Positions 18,035 through 27,703 of a stretch of 64,000 nucleotides of DNA are shown piece after piece. The position numbers were made by a program, and so were the translations under genes. The stretch is taken from positions 1 to 64,000 of the IMG/VR virus record IMGVR_UViG_3300047552_000481; one strand, given 5' to 3'. The notes under the pieces were generated by a model, which searched no databases, was not told where the DNA came from, and was given only the letters and a program-made list of their open reading frames with translations. This DNA comes from a virus. Numbering within the stretch: the stretch's first letter is position 1; the number at the start of each line of letters is the position of its first letter.

Positions 18035-19348
18035 ATGAAAAGTGTAGTTGATATTATTAAAACATTAGAATCGGATAATTCCCGATTATTCAAAGAAAAG
18101 GTTCTTTCAGATGAAATGAAATTAGATAATGGAGATCTCTTCTATGGTCTAAAATTGGCATTATCAAAGTTTTACACATTCGGTGTAAAACAAGTTCCTG
18201 TTAAAGAAGATGAAAATACGTTACATGTGTTAAGTCCAGACGTAACATGGACAAAATTTCTCGATTTATCCAATAAATTAATGACGAGAGAATTATCTGG
18301 TAATGCTGCTAAAATAGAAATTCAACGACTAATGATTTATACAGATATGGATATATGGAATTATTGGTATCGAAGAATCTTGACTAAGGATATGAAATGT
18401 GGGATCGATGAAAAGACCGTAAACAAGTGTGCAAAAACATTTGGCAAATTTGCAATTCCAACATTTTCGTGTCAGTTAGCAAAGGATTCAAGAGAACACG
18501 AAAATAAAATGAAAGGAATCAAATTATGTGACATGAAAATGGATGGCTCTAGAGTTTTATCTATTGTTTATCCAAATGGTATTGTTGAACAATTTTCTAG
18601 AAATGGTAAAGCAATTGTCAATTTCCCACATATCAAAACTCAATTTGAAATGGTTGCTCAATCATTAACGGAGCCAACAGTATTTGATGGAGAAATTATG
18701 GCTTCATCTTTTCAAGATTTAATGTCACAGTTATATCGAAAAGATAATATCAACACTTCAGATACGAATCTATTTCTATTTGATATGATTCCGCTGAAAT
18801 TTTTCCAAGAAGGTGTTGATAAAACCAAACAAATTATTAGGTCAGAAAAACTTCATAAGTGGTATTCAGAAGTAGAACCTCAATTATCAAATGTTAAAGT
18901 TTTAACTTATAAACTTATCAATCTTGATACAGAAGAAGGTCAAACACAATTTAAAGAACTTAATAGTAAAGCACTTCTGGAAGGAAAAGAAGGTATCATG
19001 ATTAAAGATCCTAATGCACCATATGAGTGCAAACGATCTGCATCATGGTTGAAGTTGAAACCTTTCATTACTGTTGATTTAGATATTATAGATATTGAAG
19101 AAGGAACCGGTAAAAATGAGGGGGCATTAGGTGCATTTATTTGTAAAGGATTTGACGAAGAAGGAAGACTAATTGAAACAAATGTTGGTGGAGGATTTAC
19201 TGAAAGTCAACGATCAGAAATTTGGGAAGATAAGGAGTCATATATTGGTAAAGTAGTAGAAGTAAAGGGTGATGGAATTACTCAAAATAAAAATGGAACA
19301 TATTCAGTCAGATTTCCAGTTTTCATGAGATTCAGAGACGATAAGTGA
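18035..19348 (+). CDS. gp30: ATP-dependent DNA ligase
   Basis: KMDGSR, FDGEI, EGIMIK, WLKLK, RFPVF. Confidence 0.95.
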   Translation: MKSVVDIIKTLESDNSRLFKEKVLSDEMKLDNGDLFYGLKLALSKFYTFGVKQVPVKEDENTLHVLSPDVTWTKFLDLSNKLMTRELSGNAAKIEIQRLMIYTDMDIWNYWYRRILTKDMKCGIDEKTVNKCAKTFGKFAIPTFSCQLAKDSREHENKMKGIKLCDMKMDGSRVLSIVYPNGIVEQFSRNGKAIVNFPHIKTQFEMVAQSLTEPTVFDGEIMASSFQDLMSQLYRKDNINTSDTNLFLFDMIPLKFFQEGVDKTKQIIRSEKLHKWYSEVEPQLSNVKVLTYKLINLDTEEGQTQFKELNSKALLEGKEGIMIKDPNAPYECKRSASWLKLKPFITVDLDIIDIEEGTGKNEGALGAFICKGFDEEGRLIETNVGGGFTESQRSEIWEDKESYIGKVVEVKGDGITQNKNGTYSVRFPVFMRFRDDK

Positions 19349-19355
19349 GGTTATA

Positions 19356-19586
19356 ATGAAAAATTTTTGGTGGAAACAACCCAAATATAAAAGGTTTGAA
19401 GACAAAATTCATTTTAGATTTTTATTCAATAAGTCTAGAATGAACTATATTGGATTAATACCTGAATATATTCCGGGTTATATTGGAGATCCAAACTTAG
19501 CATTTGGGTTGTTTGAACGTTGGGTAAATAGAAGTAGAAAGGCTAAGAAAATATATTGGTTGTCTCACAAAGAATGTATTAGATAA
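19356..19586 (+). CDS. Hypothetical protein
   Basis: Basic 76-aa ORF with GAGG SD. Confidence 0.5.
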   Translation: MKNFWWKQPKYKRFEDKIHFRFLFNKSRMNYIGLIPEYIPGYIGDPNLAFGLFERWVNRSRKAKKIYWLSHKECIR

Positions 19587-19601
19587 TATAGGATTAAAAT
19601 T

Positions 19602-20681
19602 ATGCAGTGGAATAAAACAGATTGTATTAATGAATTTAAAAAGATAGTTTCGGAATATCCTGATAAATCTATTACCAGAGATTTCTTTAGAAAAGTATCA
19701 GAATTGCCAGAATCAATTTATCAACGATTCTTTGGCACATTTTCTGAATTTAAAGTTCAATCTGGATTTGATTTAACTTCACATCAGGATAAATATCTAT
19801 CTAATACCGCTAAACATGCATCAGTAGATATTCTTAAAAATTTGAATAAAGAGAAATCTCAATATGAAGGTAAATATGAACGACCATGTTATAATCGATA
19901 TCAGACTATTGTAACAATTACCGATACCCATGATATCAATTTCGATCTTTTTACTAGACGTGTTTACCTGGATACCCTAAAACGTGTCCAACCAGAAACT
20001 ATCGTTTTTGGGGGAGATCATTTCGACCTCCCCGAATTTTCAAAATATTTTAATGACCCAAGATCTTATAACCTAATTGAACGGGTAAATAATGTTCACC
20101 AATTCTTAAAGGAAATTCGTGAAATTTTACCAGATGCAGAATTTAATTGGATCAGTGGTAATCATTGCCATAGAATATTAAAACATCTTGCTCATTCATC
20201 ACCCAATATGATTTCTTTACTAAATGATCTACACAAATTCACAGTTTCATCATTACTAGGATTAGATCAATTTGAAATCAATTATATCTCAAGGGATGAT
20301 CTTTGCGTATTCAATGAATCAGATTTCAAATCCGAAATGAAGAAGAATTACCTCGTTAAATTTGATTCTGTGCTATTTCATCATTATCCAGAAGGAAAGA
20401 AATATGGACTGCCAGGAGTAAATGGACATCACCATTCCCATAAATCTGAACACCTATATAATTATACTTATGGACCATATGAATGGCACCAACTTGGTGC
20501 AGGACATGTCCGTAGAGCATCTTTTACTGATGGTTCAAAATGGACTAATGGATTTATGATTTCTCACCATGATATTCAGAATAAACGAACAGTATTCGAA
20601 TATGTTGATACAACACAAAATTTTGCTATCGTCGGTGGCAAATTTTATGAAAGAACAGAATCTGAATTAATACAGGAGTAA
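19602..20681 (+). CDS. Calcineurin-like metallophosphoesterase with N-terminal helical domain
   Basis: DTHD, GGDHFD, GNH, GHHH. Confidence 0.8.
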   Translation: MQWNKTDCINEFKKIVSEYPDKSITRDFFRKVSELPESIYQRFFGTFSEFKVQSGFDLTSHQDKYLSNTAKHASVDILKNLNKEKSQYEGKYERPCYNRYQTIVTITDTHDINFDLFTRRVYLDTLKRVQPETIVFGGDHFDLPEFSKYFNDPRSYNLIERVNNVHQFLKEIREILPDAEFNWISGNHCHRILKHLAHSSPNMISLLNDLHKFTVSSLLGLDQFEINYISRDDLCVFNESDFKSEMKKNYLVKFDSVLFHHYPEGKKYGLPGVNGHHHSHKSEHLYNYTYGPYEWHQLGAGHVRRASFTDGSKWTNGFMISHHDIQNKRTVFEYVDTTQNFAIVGGKFYERTESELIQE

Positions 20682-20684
20682 TTT

Positions 20685-20912
20685 ATGCAAAAACAACCAA
20701 TCTCAACTAAACAAGCTTTCACTGTAATTGCAGATTCAGTTAAAAATGATACTGATTATGGTCACGCTTGGCACCGAAATATCGTAGAATCAGTCCTAGA
20801 AATCGAAGAAAATTATGATCTGGCTAACCAAATCGCAGAATCATTTATGCAACGTGTATTTGATGTGAATACCGATTTCTCAGAATACTTCAAAAACCGA
20901 GTGAAAAACTAA
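20685..20912 (+). CDS. Hypothetical protein
   Basis: ORF with AGGAG SD. Confidence 0.6.
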   Translation: MQKQPISTKQAFTVIADSVKNDTDYGHAWHRNIVESVLEIEENYDLANQIAESFMQRVFDVNTDFSEYFKNRVKN

Positions 20913-21355
20913 TGAATATATATTTGGCTGGCCCACTATTTTCAATCGCCCAAAAACGATTTAATAAGAAACTGAAAAAACATCTTCTTAAAATTGACCC
21001 AACCCTGGAAATTAATCTACCACAAGATTATGTCGATGACGATATGTATAAGATATATCTCAACTGTATCAACTCCATTCTAGATGCAGATGTAATTATT
21101 GCAATCTTAGATGGATCTGATGCAGACTCCGGTACAGCCATGGAAGTTGGTTACGCTAGAGGTAATAATAAAAATATTATTGGAGTAAGAACAGATGTAA
21201 GACAACTTGAACAAAATGGCACAAATCTTATGCTATATAATGCCTGTGATAAATATATCGTGTCCACAGTAGATGTCCAAGTCGTCGCCAAGAAAATTTA
21301 TGCTGCCATACAAGAAGATTATGCCTGGAAGGGTGATAAACCTAATTTATCCTAA
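20912..21355 (+). CDS. Nucleoside 2-deoxyribosyltransferase family
   Basis: IYLAGPLF, LPQ, DSGTAMEVGYA, NLML. Confidence 0.9.
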   Translation: MNIYLAGPLFSIAQKRFNKKLKKHLLKIDPTLEINLPQDYVDDDMYKIYLNCINSILDADVIIAILDGSDADSGTAMEVGYARGNNKNIIGVRTDVRQLEQNGTNLMLYNACDKYIVSTVDVQVVAKKIYAAIQEDYAWKGDKPNLS

Positions 21356-22068
21356 TGATATATACGATTTATAAAGCAACAAATTTGGTTAATGGTAAGG
21401 TTTATATTGGATTTGATTCAAATTGGCCGAATAGAATTAAAGAACACAAGAAGGATCATAAAAGAAAGGATAAACAGTGTAGATTTTATTCGGCCATTAA
21501 AAAATACGGATTTGATAATTTTTCGTGGGATGTGTTATATCAATCAAAAGACCAATGTTATACGTTAACTGAAATGGAAAATTACTTTATCAGTGAATAT
21601 AGAAGTTATATCGGATTTGATGATTGCAATGGATATAACATGACTTTGGGTGGTGGAGGAACAATAGGAAAATCTCATACTCAAGAATGGAAAGAAAATC
21701 ATTCATTAATAATGACAGGGAGGAAATTTACCACAGAACACAAACAAAATATATCATCATCATTAAAAGGAAGAACATTTTCAGATGAAACCAAACAAAA
21801 AATAAAAATAGCAAATTCTGGTATAAATAATTGGCAAACGAAAAAATTAGGATCATTACATCCAAAATCTAAAAAGTATATTGGAATATCTCCTAATAAT
21901 GAAATTATAATTATTCATGGTATGAGAGATTTCTGTAGAAAAAATAATTTGAATCAAGGTGTTGCAATTCAATCTGTCAAAAAATCTTCTACCCATAAAG
22001 GATGGAAATTTTATAATTATGACGAAACTTTATTAATAAAACTAACCGAGGAACTATATGAAAATTGA
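21355..22068 (+). CDS. GIY-YIG (Seg-like) homing endonuclease
   Basis: TIYKATNLVNGKVYIG..R..H..E..GYNMTLGG; NUMOD3-like repeats. Confidence 0.9.
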   Translation: MIYTIYKATNLVNGKVYIGFDSNWPNRIKEHKKDHKRKDKQCRFYSAIKKYGFDNFSWDVLYQSKDQCYTLTEMENYFISEYRSYIGFDDCNGYNMTLGGGGTIGKSHTQEWKENHSLIMTGRKFTTEHKQNISSSLKGRTFSDETKQKIKIANSGINNWQTKKLGSLHPKSKKYIGISPNNEIIIIHGMRDFCRKNNLNQGVAIQSVKKSSTHKGWKFYNYDETLLIKLTEELYEN

Positions 22069-22852
22069 AGTATCTGTTGCCGAACTTAGAAAATCTAAAA
22101 TCTTTATCGCTATGCCAACTTACGGGGGTCAAGTCTATACAATGACAATGAAAAGCCTCCTTGACCAAGTATCATTATTCAATAAGTACGATATCGAATT
22201 TACCCATTCATTTCTCATGAATGAATCTCTGATCCAACGTGCCAGAAATTATCTGGCAGACGAATTCTTAAACCGAACGGATTGTACCCATCTGATGTTT
22301 ATTGATTCTGATATCGTTTTTAATCCACAAGACATCCTAGCCATGCTCGCTCTTGATAAAGAAATAGTTGGTGGAGGCTATTCGAAGAAGTCAATAAATT
22401 GGGATCGGATCAAAAAAGCCACAGAAAAAAATCCGACTCTCCCAACTTCTGAATATGAAAAAATTGCTGGTGATATCGTTTTTAATCCGGTTGCTGGTAT
22501 GGAAAAATTTTCAGTTTCAGAACCAATCGAAGTTATGGAAGTTGGTACCGGTTTTATGCTTGTAAAACGTGAAGTATTTGAAAAATATCAAGCGGCCTAT
22601 CCACAATATATGTATAGGCCGGATCACCAGAGCGAGCACTTCAATTCTAGTAGACAGATTTGTTCCTTTTTTAATGTTTTTATTGATCCAGAATCGAATC
22701 GGCTTTTGTCGGAAGATTATATGTGGTGTCAAGAATGTCGGGCCATAGGAATTCAAGTTTGGATGGCACCATTTGTCACACTTAATCATTGTGGATATTA
22801 CATGTATCAAGGATCGTTACCGGCCATTGCTGCTCATGTTGGGGAAATGTAA
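22058..22852 (+). CDS. GT-A fold glycosyltransferase-like protein
   Basis: IFIAMPTYGG, ESLIQRARN, LMFIDSDI, GTGFMLV, LSEDY. Confidence 0.75.
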   Translation: MKIEVSVAELRKSKIFIAMPTYGGQVYTMTMKSLLDQVSLFNKYDIEFTHSFLMNESLIQRARNYLADEFLNRTDCTHLMFIDSDIVFNPQDILAMLALDKEIVGGGYSKKSINWDRIKKATEKNPTLPTSEYEKIAGDIVFNPVAGMEKFSVSEPIEVMEVGTGFMLVKREVFEKYQAAYPQYMYRPDHQSEHFNSSRQICSFFNVFIDPESNRLLSEDYMWCQECRAIGIQVWMAPFVTLNHCGYYMYQGSLPAIAAHVGEM

Positions 22853-22867
22853 AAGGAAATGGACTGG

Positions 22868-23800
22868 TTATAATCTGTAGCCGGTCCAACCTTTATGTTG
22901 TGGTTTATTACCATTTAATACATGAATAATACATTGATAATATAGATCATGTTCTTTACAGAAATCTTTTAGTTGGAATACAGTATGTTCAGTTTTATCT
23001 GGATCAATAAGGATTGCTAGTGGTTTTGGTATCAATTTACATTTATAATTTCTATGATTGGATCTTTTTCCTGAAGCAACTTCTGACATACCACTAATAT
23101 TCAAATCGTTTTCCTTGCAAAATTTAGATAGATTATTTACAATAAAGGTTTCGCCAGTAGGAGTTGTAATTTCATATTCTTTTGTTCTACCAGGAACATT
23201 TGTTCTATGATGATTTTCACCAGTTTTATTTTTCAATTTTGTTTTAAATTCTTCGGAGTGTGATTTATTTTTAAACCCAGATTCTTTGCCGAACATTGGA
23301 TTTCCTTCACCGACCATAGTTGTTCGTTGGATTTCGGCTTTTTTATCTAGGAAATCTCTACCTTCTTCAGAAGAATAATATTCTGTCATGAATTTGGAGG
23401 CGCGTTCACGGGATTCGTCAGTTTTAGCATAACTATAATTAGTTAGAAATTTTTTAGCAGTTTTATAAGTTCTTGAGTTTACTGTATTATTCATTAATTT
23501 TGCAATTGCGGAGGTAAGACGGAAGCCATAATTTTTATCTATTATCATTTTTGGTAATAGCATATGAACAATGAAGTGTTGTCGTAATGATAATTTTACA
23601 ATATTTTCTGGGTCATTTGGATTATCGTCAACAAATCCTGGTGGACCTTTGCGAGTACGGTTTATAAATAAACAATCAGGGACGATGTGGTGATTTTCGG
23701 TTTTATCTGATAAATCAGGATTGTTTATAATATTGATGTACCATTTAGTATATTTGTTTGGGTGTGAAATTTCTTGGATGATTTTAATAAATTTATTCAT
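22868..23800 (-). CDS. HNH homing endonuclease with NUMOD-type DNA-binding tail
   Basis: ENHHIVP..ENIVKLSLRQHFIVH; GEGNPMFGK; two L..FCKE.DL modules. Confidence 0.85.
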   Translation of the reverse strand: MNKFIKIIQEISHPNKYTKWYINIINNPDLSDKTENHHIVPDCLFINRTRKGPPGFVDDNPNDPENIVKLSLRQHFIVHMLLPKMIIDKNYGFRLTSAIAKLMNNTVNSRTYKTAKKFLTNYSYAKTDESRERASKFMTEYYSSEEGRDFLDKKAEIQRTTMVGEGNPMFGKESGFKNKSHSEEFKTKLKNKTGENHHRTNVPGRTKEYEITTPTGETFIVNNLSKFCKENDLNISGMSEVASGKRSNHRNYKCKLIPKPLAILIDPDKTEHTVFQLKDFCKEHDLYYQCIIHVLNGNKPQHKGWTGYRL

Positions 23801-23804
23801 GGTG

Positions 23805-23833
23805 TTGACAACTTAAAGATGATGTGATATAAT
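23805..23833 (+). promoter_or_regulatory. Sigma70 promoter of the tRNA operon
   Basis: TTGACA-N17-TATAAT. Confidence 0.88.
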
Positions 23834-23854
23834 ATTTAGCAACAGTAGAATTAT

Positions 23855-23925
23855 GCCCCTGTAGTGTAACGGATGCACATGAGATTTCTACTCTCATAGT
23901 CCGGGTTCAATTCCTGGTGGGGGTG
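23855..23925 (+). tRNA. tRNA-Arg(UCU)
   Basis: Cloverleaf; anticodon arm TGAGA-TTTCTAC-TCTCA; T loop TTCAATT; three G-U pairs in acceptor stem; CAA instead of CCA. Confidence 0.85.
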
Positions 23926-23933
23926 CAAAATAT

Positions 23934-24010
23934 GCCCCGATAGCTCAGTTGGTTAGAGCAGCCGACTCATAATCGGCAGGTCGGGAGTTCAAATCTCTCT
24001 CGGGGCACCA
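23934..24010 (+). tRNA. tRNA with CAU anticodon, most like Ile2 (elongator Met not excluded)
   Basis: GCCCCGA/TCGGGGC acceptor stem, GCCGA-CTCATAA-TCGGC, encoded CCA. Confidence 0.92.
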
Positions 24011-24049
24011 AAATGGGTGAATATAAACCAAAATAGTATGGTGAAGTAA

Positions 24050-24361
24050 ATGAGTAGAGAAAATGAAATAAATATTGAAGAATTATATGAAGAATTGAAA
24101 TATTGTTCCTTACTTAAGGTTAGAATTATAAATTATAGTATATACAATACTGCTTCCTTACACGATTATGTGGAAAATGTTTTATCAGAAGACCGAGTTT
24201 GGTTTAATTATGATGATAATGGTAATGAAAATGTGGATTGTTTATTAACTAAGGAAGAATATGAAAAGCTTCCAACATATTATTCGGGATTATATACTCA
24301 TATAATTGATTATGAAAATCTTAAATTTTATAAGTGGCCATTGAAATATTATTATAATTAG
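24050..24361 (+). CDS. Hypothetical protein
   Basis: 103-aa ORF sharing its start region with the next gene. Confidence 0.55.
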   Translation: MSRENEINIEELYEELKYCSLLKVRIINYSIYNTASLHDYVENVLSEDRVWFNYDDNGNENVDCLLTKEEYEKLPTYYSGLYTHIIDYENLKFYKWPLKYYYN

Positions 24362-24370
24362 GAGAAGTAA

Positions 24371-24835
24371 ATGAGTAGAGAAAAGTATCCACATTATTAT
24401 AAGCATTGTCCATATGAATATATTGATGTATATCGAGTATTAGATTTATTTGGAGTATCTGATCAAGCGATTGGTCATGCAATTAAGAAGTTATTGGTTG
24501 CTGGTGGGAGAGGACATAAGGATATTGAAAAGGATATTAAGGAAGCGATTGTTACATTAGAAAGACGAGTTGAAATGTGGGAAGAGAATAAACCCACAGA
24601 AACATTATGGAGTAAATGTACAGTAGATGATATTTATGCAAAAGCAGATTGGGGCGAAGGTGTTGATTTCACCGAAGATAAACAAGGATATTTTAATTTT
24701 AATTTTAATAAACCAACAGATTCTTTAGGACCATTACCAAAAGTGGTTGAAAAAGTTCCAGAGTTGACAAAAGAAGAGAAACGTGTTATAATGGAACGGT
24801 ACAAATATTTAGGAGACTTGTATGAAATTAAGTAA
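24371..24835 (+). CDS. DUF3310/SaV-like phage protein
   Basis: PHYY..IDVY..GHAIKKL..G.RGHKD..DIKEA. Confidence 0.65.
   Translation: MSREKYPHYYKHCPYEYIDVYRVLDLFGVSDQAIGHAIKKLLVAGGRGHKDIEKDIKEAIVTLERRVEMWEENKPTETLWSKCTVDDIYAKADWGEGVDFTEDKQGYFNFNFNKPTDSLGPLPKVVEKVPELTKEEKRVIMERYKYLGDLYEIK
24764..24792 (+). promoter_or_regulatory. Sigma70 promoter for gp45, inside upstream CDS
   Basis: TTGACA-N17-TATAAT. Confidence 0.8.
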
Positions 24836-25490
24836 TGAAACTTTGGCTATTCTCAAGAATTTTGCAACGATTAATCAAGGATTATACTTCACAGAAGGAA
24901 ATGAATTATCAACAAAATCGTTACAAGGTAATATTTTAGCCGTAGCAAAGATTGAAGAATCGATTCCAGTTAATTTTGGTATTTATGATTTAAACAATCT
25001 GTTATCAGTTATTTCCTTATATAAGACTGGAGCAGAATTAGAATTTGACTCCAAACATATTCTGATTAAAGGTTTGGGCGGAAGGTCAACAATTAAGTAT
25101 CGAATGACAGATCCGAGTATGTTAGTAATTCCTGGTGATAAGCGACCAAAATTACCATCAGTTGATGTTGAGTTAAATTTGACTATTGACGATTTAAACT
25201 GGATCATGCGTTCTGCGAATGTATTGAATTCTACACACATTTCTGTTGAATCAGATGGTGAAAATGTTGTGATGAACACGTTTGATGCCAAGAATGATTC
25301 TGCACATACAAATTCCGTAAAGATGAATGTTGTGTCTGATAAGAAGTTCAAGTTAGTTTTCAAGACCGAAAATTTGAAGATGATACCTTCTGATTATAAC
25401 GTTCAAATTTGTGCCAAGGGAATTGCAAAGTTTGAAAATACAAATTTAACATATTGGATCAGCTTGGAGACTAATTCTACCTATGAATAA
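24822..25490 (+). CDS. gp45: Sliding clamp
   Basis: MKLSNETLAILKNFATIN, FGIYDLN, ENLKM. Confidence 0.96.
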   Translation: MKLSNETLAILKNFATINQGLYFTEGNELSTKSLQGNILAVAKIEESIPVNFGIYDLNNLLSVISLYKTGAELEFDSKHILIKGLGGRSTIKYRMTDPSMLVIPGDKRPKLPSVDVELNLTIDDLNWIMRSANVLNSTHISVESDGENVVMNTFDAKNDSAHTNSVKMNVVSDKKFKLVFKTENLKMIPSDYNVQICAKGIAKFENTNLTYWISLETNSTYE

Positions 25491-25656
25491 ATATATCAGC
25501 ACATTTATCTTTGTAATGGTAGTATTTGTTATTGTATATGCTATGTTAATGGTTGGATTTCATATTGGCAGATACAATATTTTATATAATTGTGATCATG
25601 CACAAGAGTTTAGAGTTGGGGAAAGTTATTTTATTTGTGAGAGGGTAAAGAAATGA
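25483..25656 (+). CDS. Small membrane protein (not in ORF track)
   Basis: MNKYISTFIFVMVVFVIVYAMLMVGF; fills the gap with overlaps at both ends. Confidence 0.55.
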   Translation: MNKYISTFIFVMVVFVIVYAMLMVGFHIGRYNILYNCDHAQEFRVGESYFICERVKK

Positions 25657-25931
25657 GTAAAACAATTGCGTCAGTATTTGGAACACTTTCAGATGAAGAA
25701 ATTACAAAGCTAAAGACAGGTATCCGTGAAATGTCGGACCTCATGACCATTATGGATAGTCAAAAGTCCGCTATGAAAGAGACACTTGACTCATTATTTG
25801 AAGACATTAAGATTCCCAAGAAGATTCTTAGGAAATTGGCGAAGTCTTATCATCAAAATAATTACTCTGAAGTTGTGCTTGAGAATTCAGAATTCCAAAC
25901 ATTATATGAAGGAGTATTTGATGAAGTTTGA
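25653..25931 (+). CDS. T4 DsbA-like dsDNA-binding protein
   Basis: IREMS..KE..IPKKILRKLAKSYH..N..E..LYE. Confidence 0.7.
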   Translation: MSKTIASVFGTLSDEEITKLKTGIREMSDLMTIMDSQKSAMKETLDSLFEDIKIPKKILRKLAKSYHQNNYSEVVLENSEFQTLYEGVFDEV

Positions 25932-26337
25932 TGAAATATCAGGTTATCAAAAAAACATCTATGAAGATGATAAGATGTGTTGTAAATATCTGGTTACAAC
26001 TGTAGTAGGAGATACAGTTGAAAGAAGGTTGGATAGGAAAGAATTAGTAGAAGATGATTTCATTTATGAAAAAGATGAAGTTATCGATATTCTACAAAGT
26101 GTAATTAAGCATAATTTAGATCATGTTAAATGTGACAACGATATCCTTAAATTATCCTTGATGAATAAGTATTCAAAATTAGTCGGTGGAGCAGTTAAAC
26201 CACGATATGATAATGTGTATTTTCATAAGTCAGGAAATATTGATGCTCCGGTGTTTGTCATGAAACATGATGATAAATATGCAATTTTTATGCATCCACA
26301 AATCAAACATTATGGGTTTATTATTGATGAACAATAA
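25921..26337 (+). CDS. Hypothetical protein
   Basis: Start MKFDE after GGAG. Confidence 0.55.
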   Translation: MKFDEISGYQKNIYEDDKMCCKYLVTTVVGDTVERRLDRKELVEDDFIYEKDEVIDILQSVIKHNLDHVKCDNDILKLSLMNKYSKLVGGAVKPRYDNVYFHKSGNIDAPVFVMKHDDKYAIFMHPQIKHYGFIIDEQ

Positions 26338-27268
26338 AGAGTTTTTATGGGTTGAAAAGTATAGACCAACAACAATTGACGAATGTATTTTGCCAGAAGC
26401 ACTAAAAAATACGTTCAAAACATATGTTGAGAAAAAGGAAATTCCAAACATAATTCTTCATGGTGGGCCAGGAACAGGGAAGACCACAACATTATTAGCA
26501 TTGTGTGAAGAAATTGGTTGTGATCACATTTTTATTAATGGAAGTTCTGAAAATGGAATTGATGTGTTCAGAAATAAAATTACTAATTATGCATCTGCGG
26601 TATCTTTAAGTGGTGGGAGAAAAGCAGTTATAATCGATGAAAGCGATTATATGAATTCTCAATCTCTACAGCCAGCACTTCGCAGCGGAATTGAGGAATT
26701 TAGTCAGACCACATCATTTTTGATGACATGTAATTTTCCTAACAAGATTATTGGACCGATCCATTCTCGGTGTGCAGTATTTGATTTCAAGATTCCGAAA
26801 GAAGAAAAACGGGGTCTGATGAATCAGTTTTACAAGAGAGTTTGTTCAATTTTAACGGCTGAAGGAGTTGAATATAACAAGGAAGTTATTGTATCATTAA
26901 TCACCAAATATTTTCCAGATTACCGAAAGATATTAAATGAGTTGCAACGATATTCGGTTAATGGTAACATTGATGTGGGGATTTTGACTCAGATTGGAAA
27001 TCTGCAATTAAAGGATTTGATTGATTCCTTAAAGGATAAGAATTATGCCAAGGTTCGAGAATGGGTGAACAATAATTTTGATAATGATATCGAGTCTGTC
27101 TATAGGAAGATATATGATGGATTGGTAGAATTTCTAAAACCAACATCAATTCCAACGGCAGTTTTGATTATTGCAAAGTATCAATATCAGTCGAGTTTTG
27201 TTGCTGATCCTTCAATTCAATTATTGGCGTTTTTCACTGAAATGATGATTGAGGTTGAATTTAAATAA
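26327..27268 (+). CDS. gp44: Clamp loader large subunit
   Basis: LWVEKYRP, GPGTGKT, IIDE, SRC. Confidence 0.96.
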   Translation: MNNKEFLWVEKYRPTTIDECILPEALKNTFKTYVEKKEIPNIILHGGPGTGKTTTLLALCEEIGCDHIFINGSSENGIDVFRNKITNYASAVSLSGGRKAVIIDESDYMNSQSLQPALRSGIEEFSQTTSFLMTCNFPNKIIGPIHSRCAVFDFKIPKEEKRGLMNQFYKRVCSILTAEGVEYNKEVIVSLITKYFPDYRKILNELQRYSVNGNIDVGILTQIGNLQLKDLIDSLKDKNYAKVREWVNNNFDNDIESVYRKIYDGLVEFLKPTSIPTAVLIIAKYQYQSSFVADPSIQLLAFFTEMMIEVEFK

Positions 27269-27651
27269 TGGATATATTTAAAGACACGATACCATCATTA
27301 TTATCCAATAATAATTATAAACTAGAAAGCGAATTAGAAGAAAAGGAGTACAAAGCATTTCTTATTAACAAGGCGTTATCCGCACAAATGGATGTAATAT
27401 TTTATGTTGATGAAATGAATAGAAATCATCAATTAGATAACAAATTGCAATATGATTTTTATTTTTATTCCATTAAGAAATATAAGCGTCCGTTTCAGAA
27501 ATGGTTAAAGACGACTGAGATAGAGGATATTGAGATTATAAAGGAATATTATGGGTATTCTAATCAAAAGGCCAAGGAAGTGATTAAACTATTATCAAAA
27601 GAAGATTTGCAGTATATTCGAGACAAAGTAGAAAAAGGTGGACAAATATAA
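27268..27651 (+). CDS. gp62: Clamp loader small subunit
   Basis: FLINKALS, EMN, LQYDF, KEYYGYSNQKA. Confidence 0.93.
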   Translation: MDIFKDTIPSLLSNNNYKLESELEEKEYKAFLINKALSAQMDVIFYVDEMNRNHQLDNKLQYDFYFYSIKKYKRPFQKWLKTTEIEDIEIIKEYYGYSNQKAKEVIKLLSKEDLQYIRDKVEKGGQI

Positions 27652-27654
27652 ACT

Positions 27655-27662
27655 TATAAATA
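27655..27662 (+). promoter_or_regulatory. Late promoter upstream of regA
   Basis: TATAAATA. Confidence 0.65.
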
Positions 27663-27703
27663 ATAATGTGTGACTTTACACATGTAATTTTTGGAGAACT
27701 ATA

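Noticed and set aside
23880-23896. CTA in the anticodon loop suggesting an amber suppressor and TAG recoding
   Set aside because: The 5-bp stem centres the 7-nt loop on TCT (Arg), and core genes are full length in the standard code
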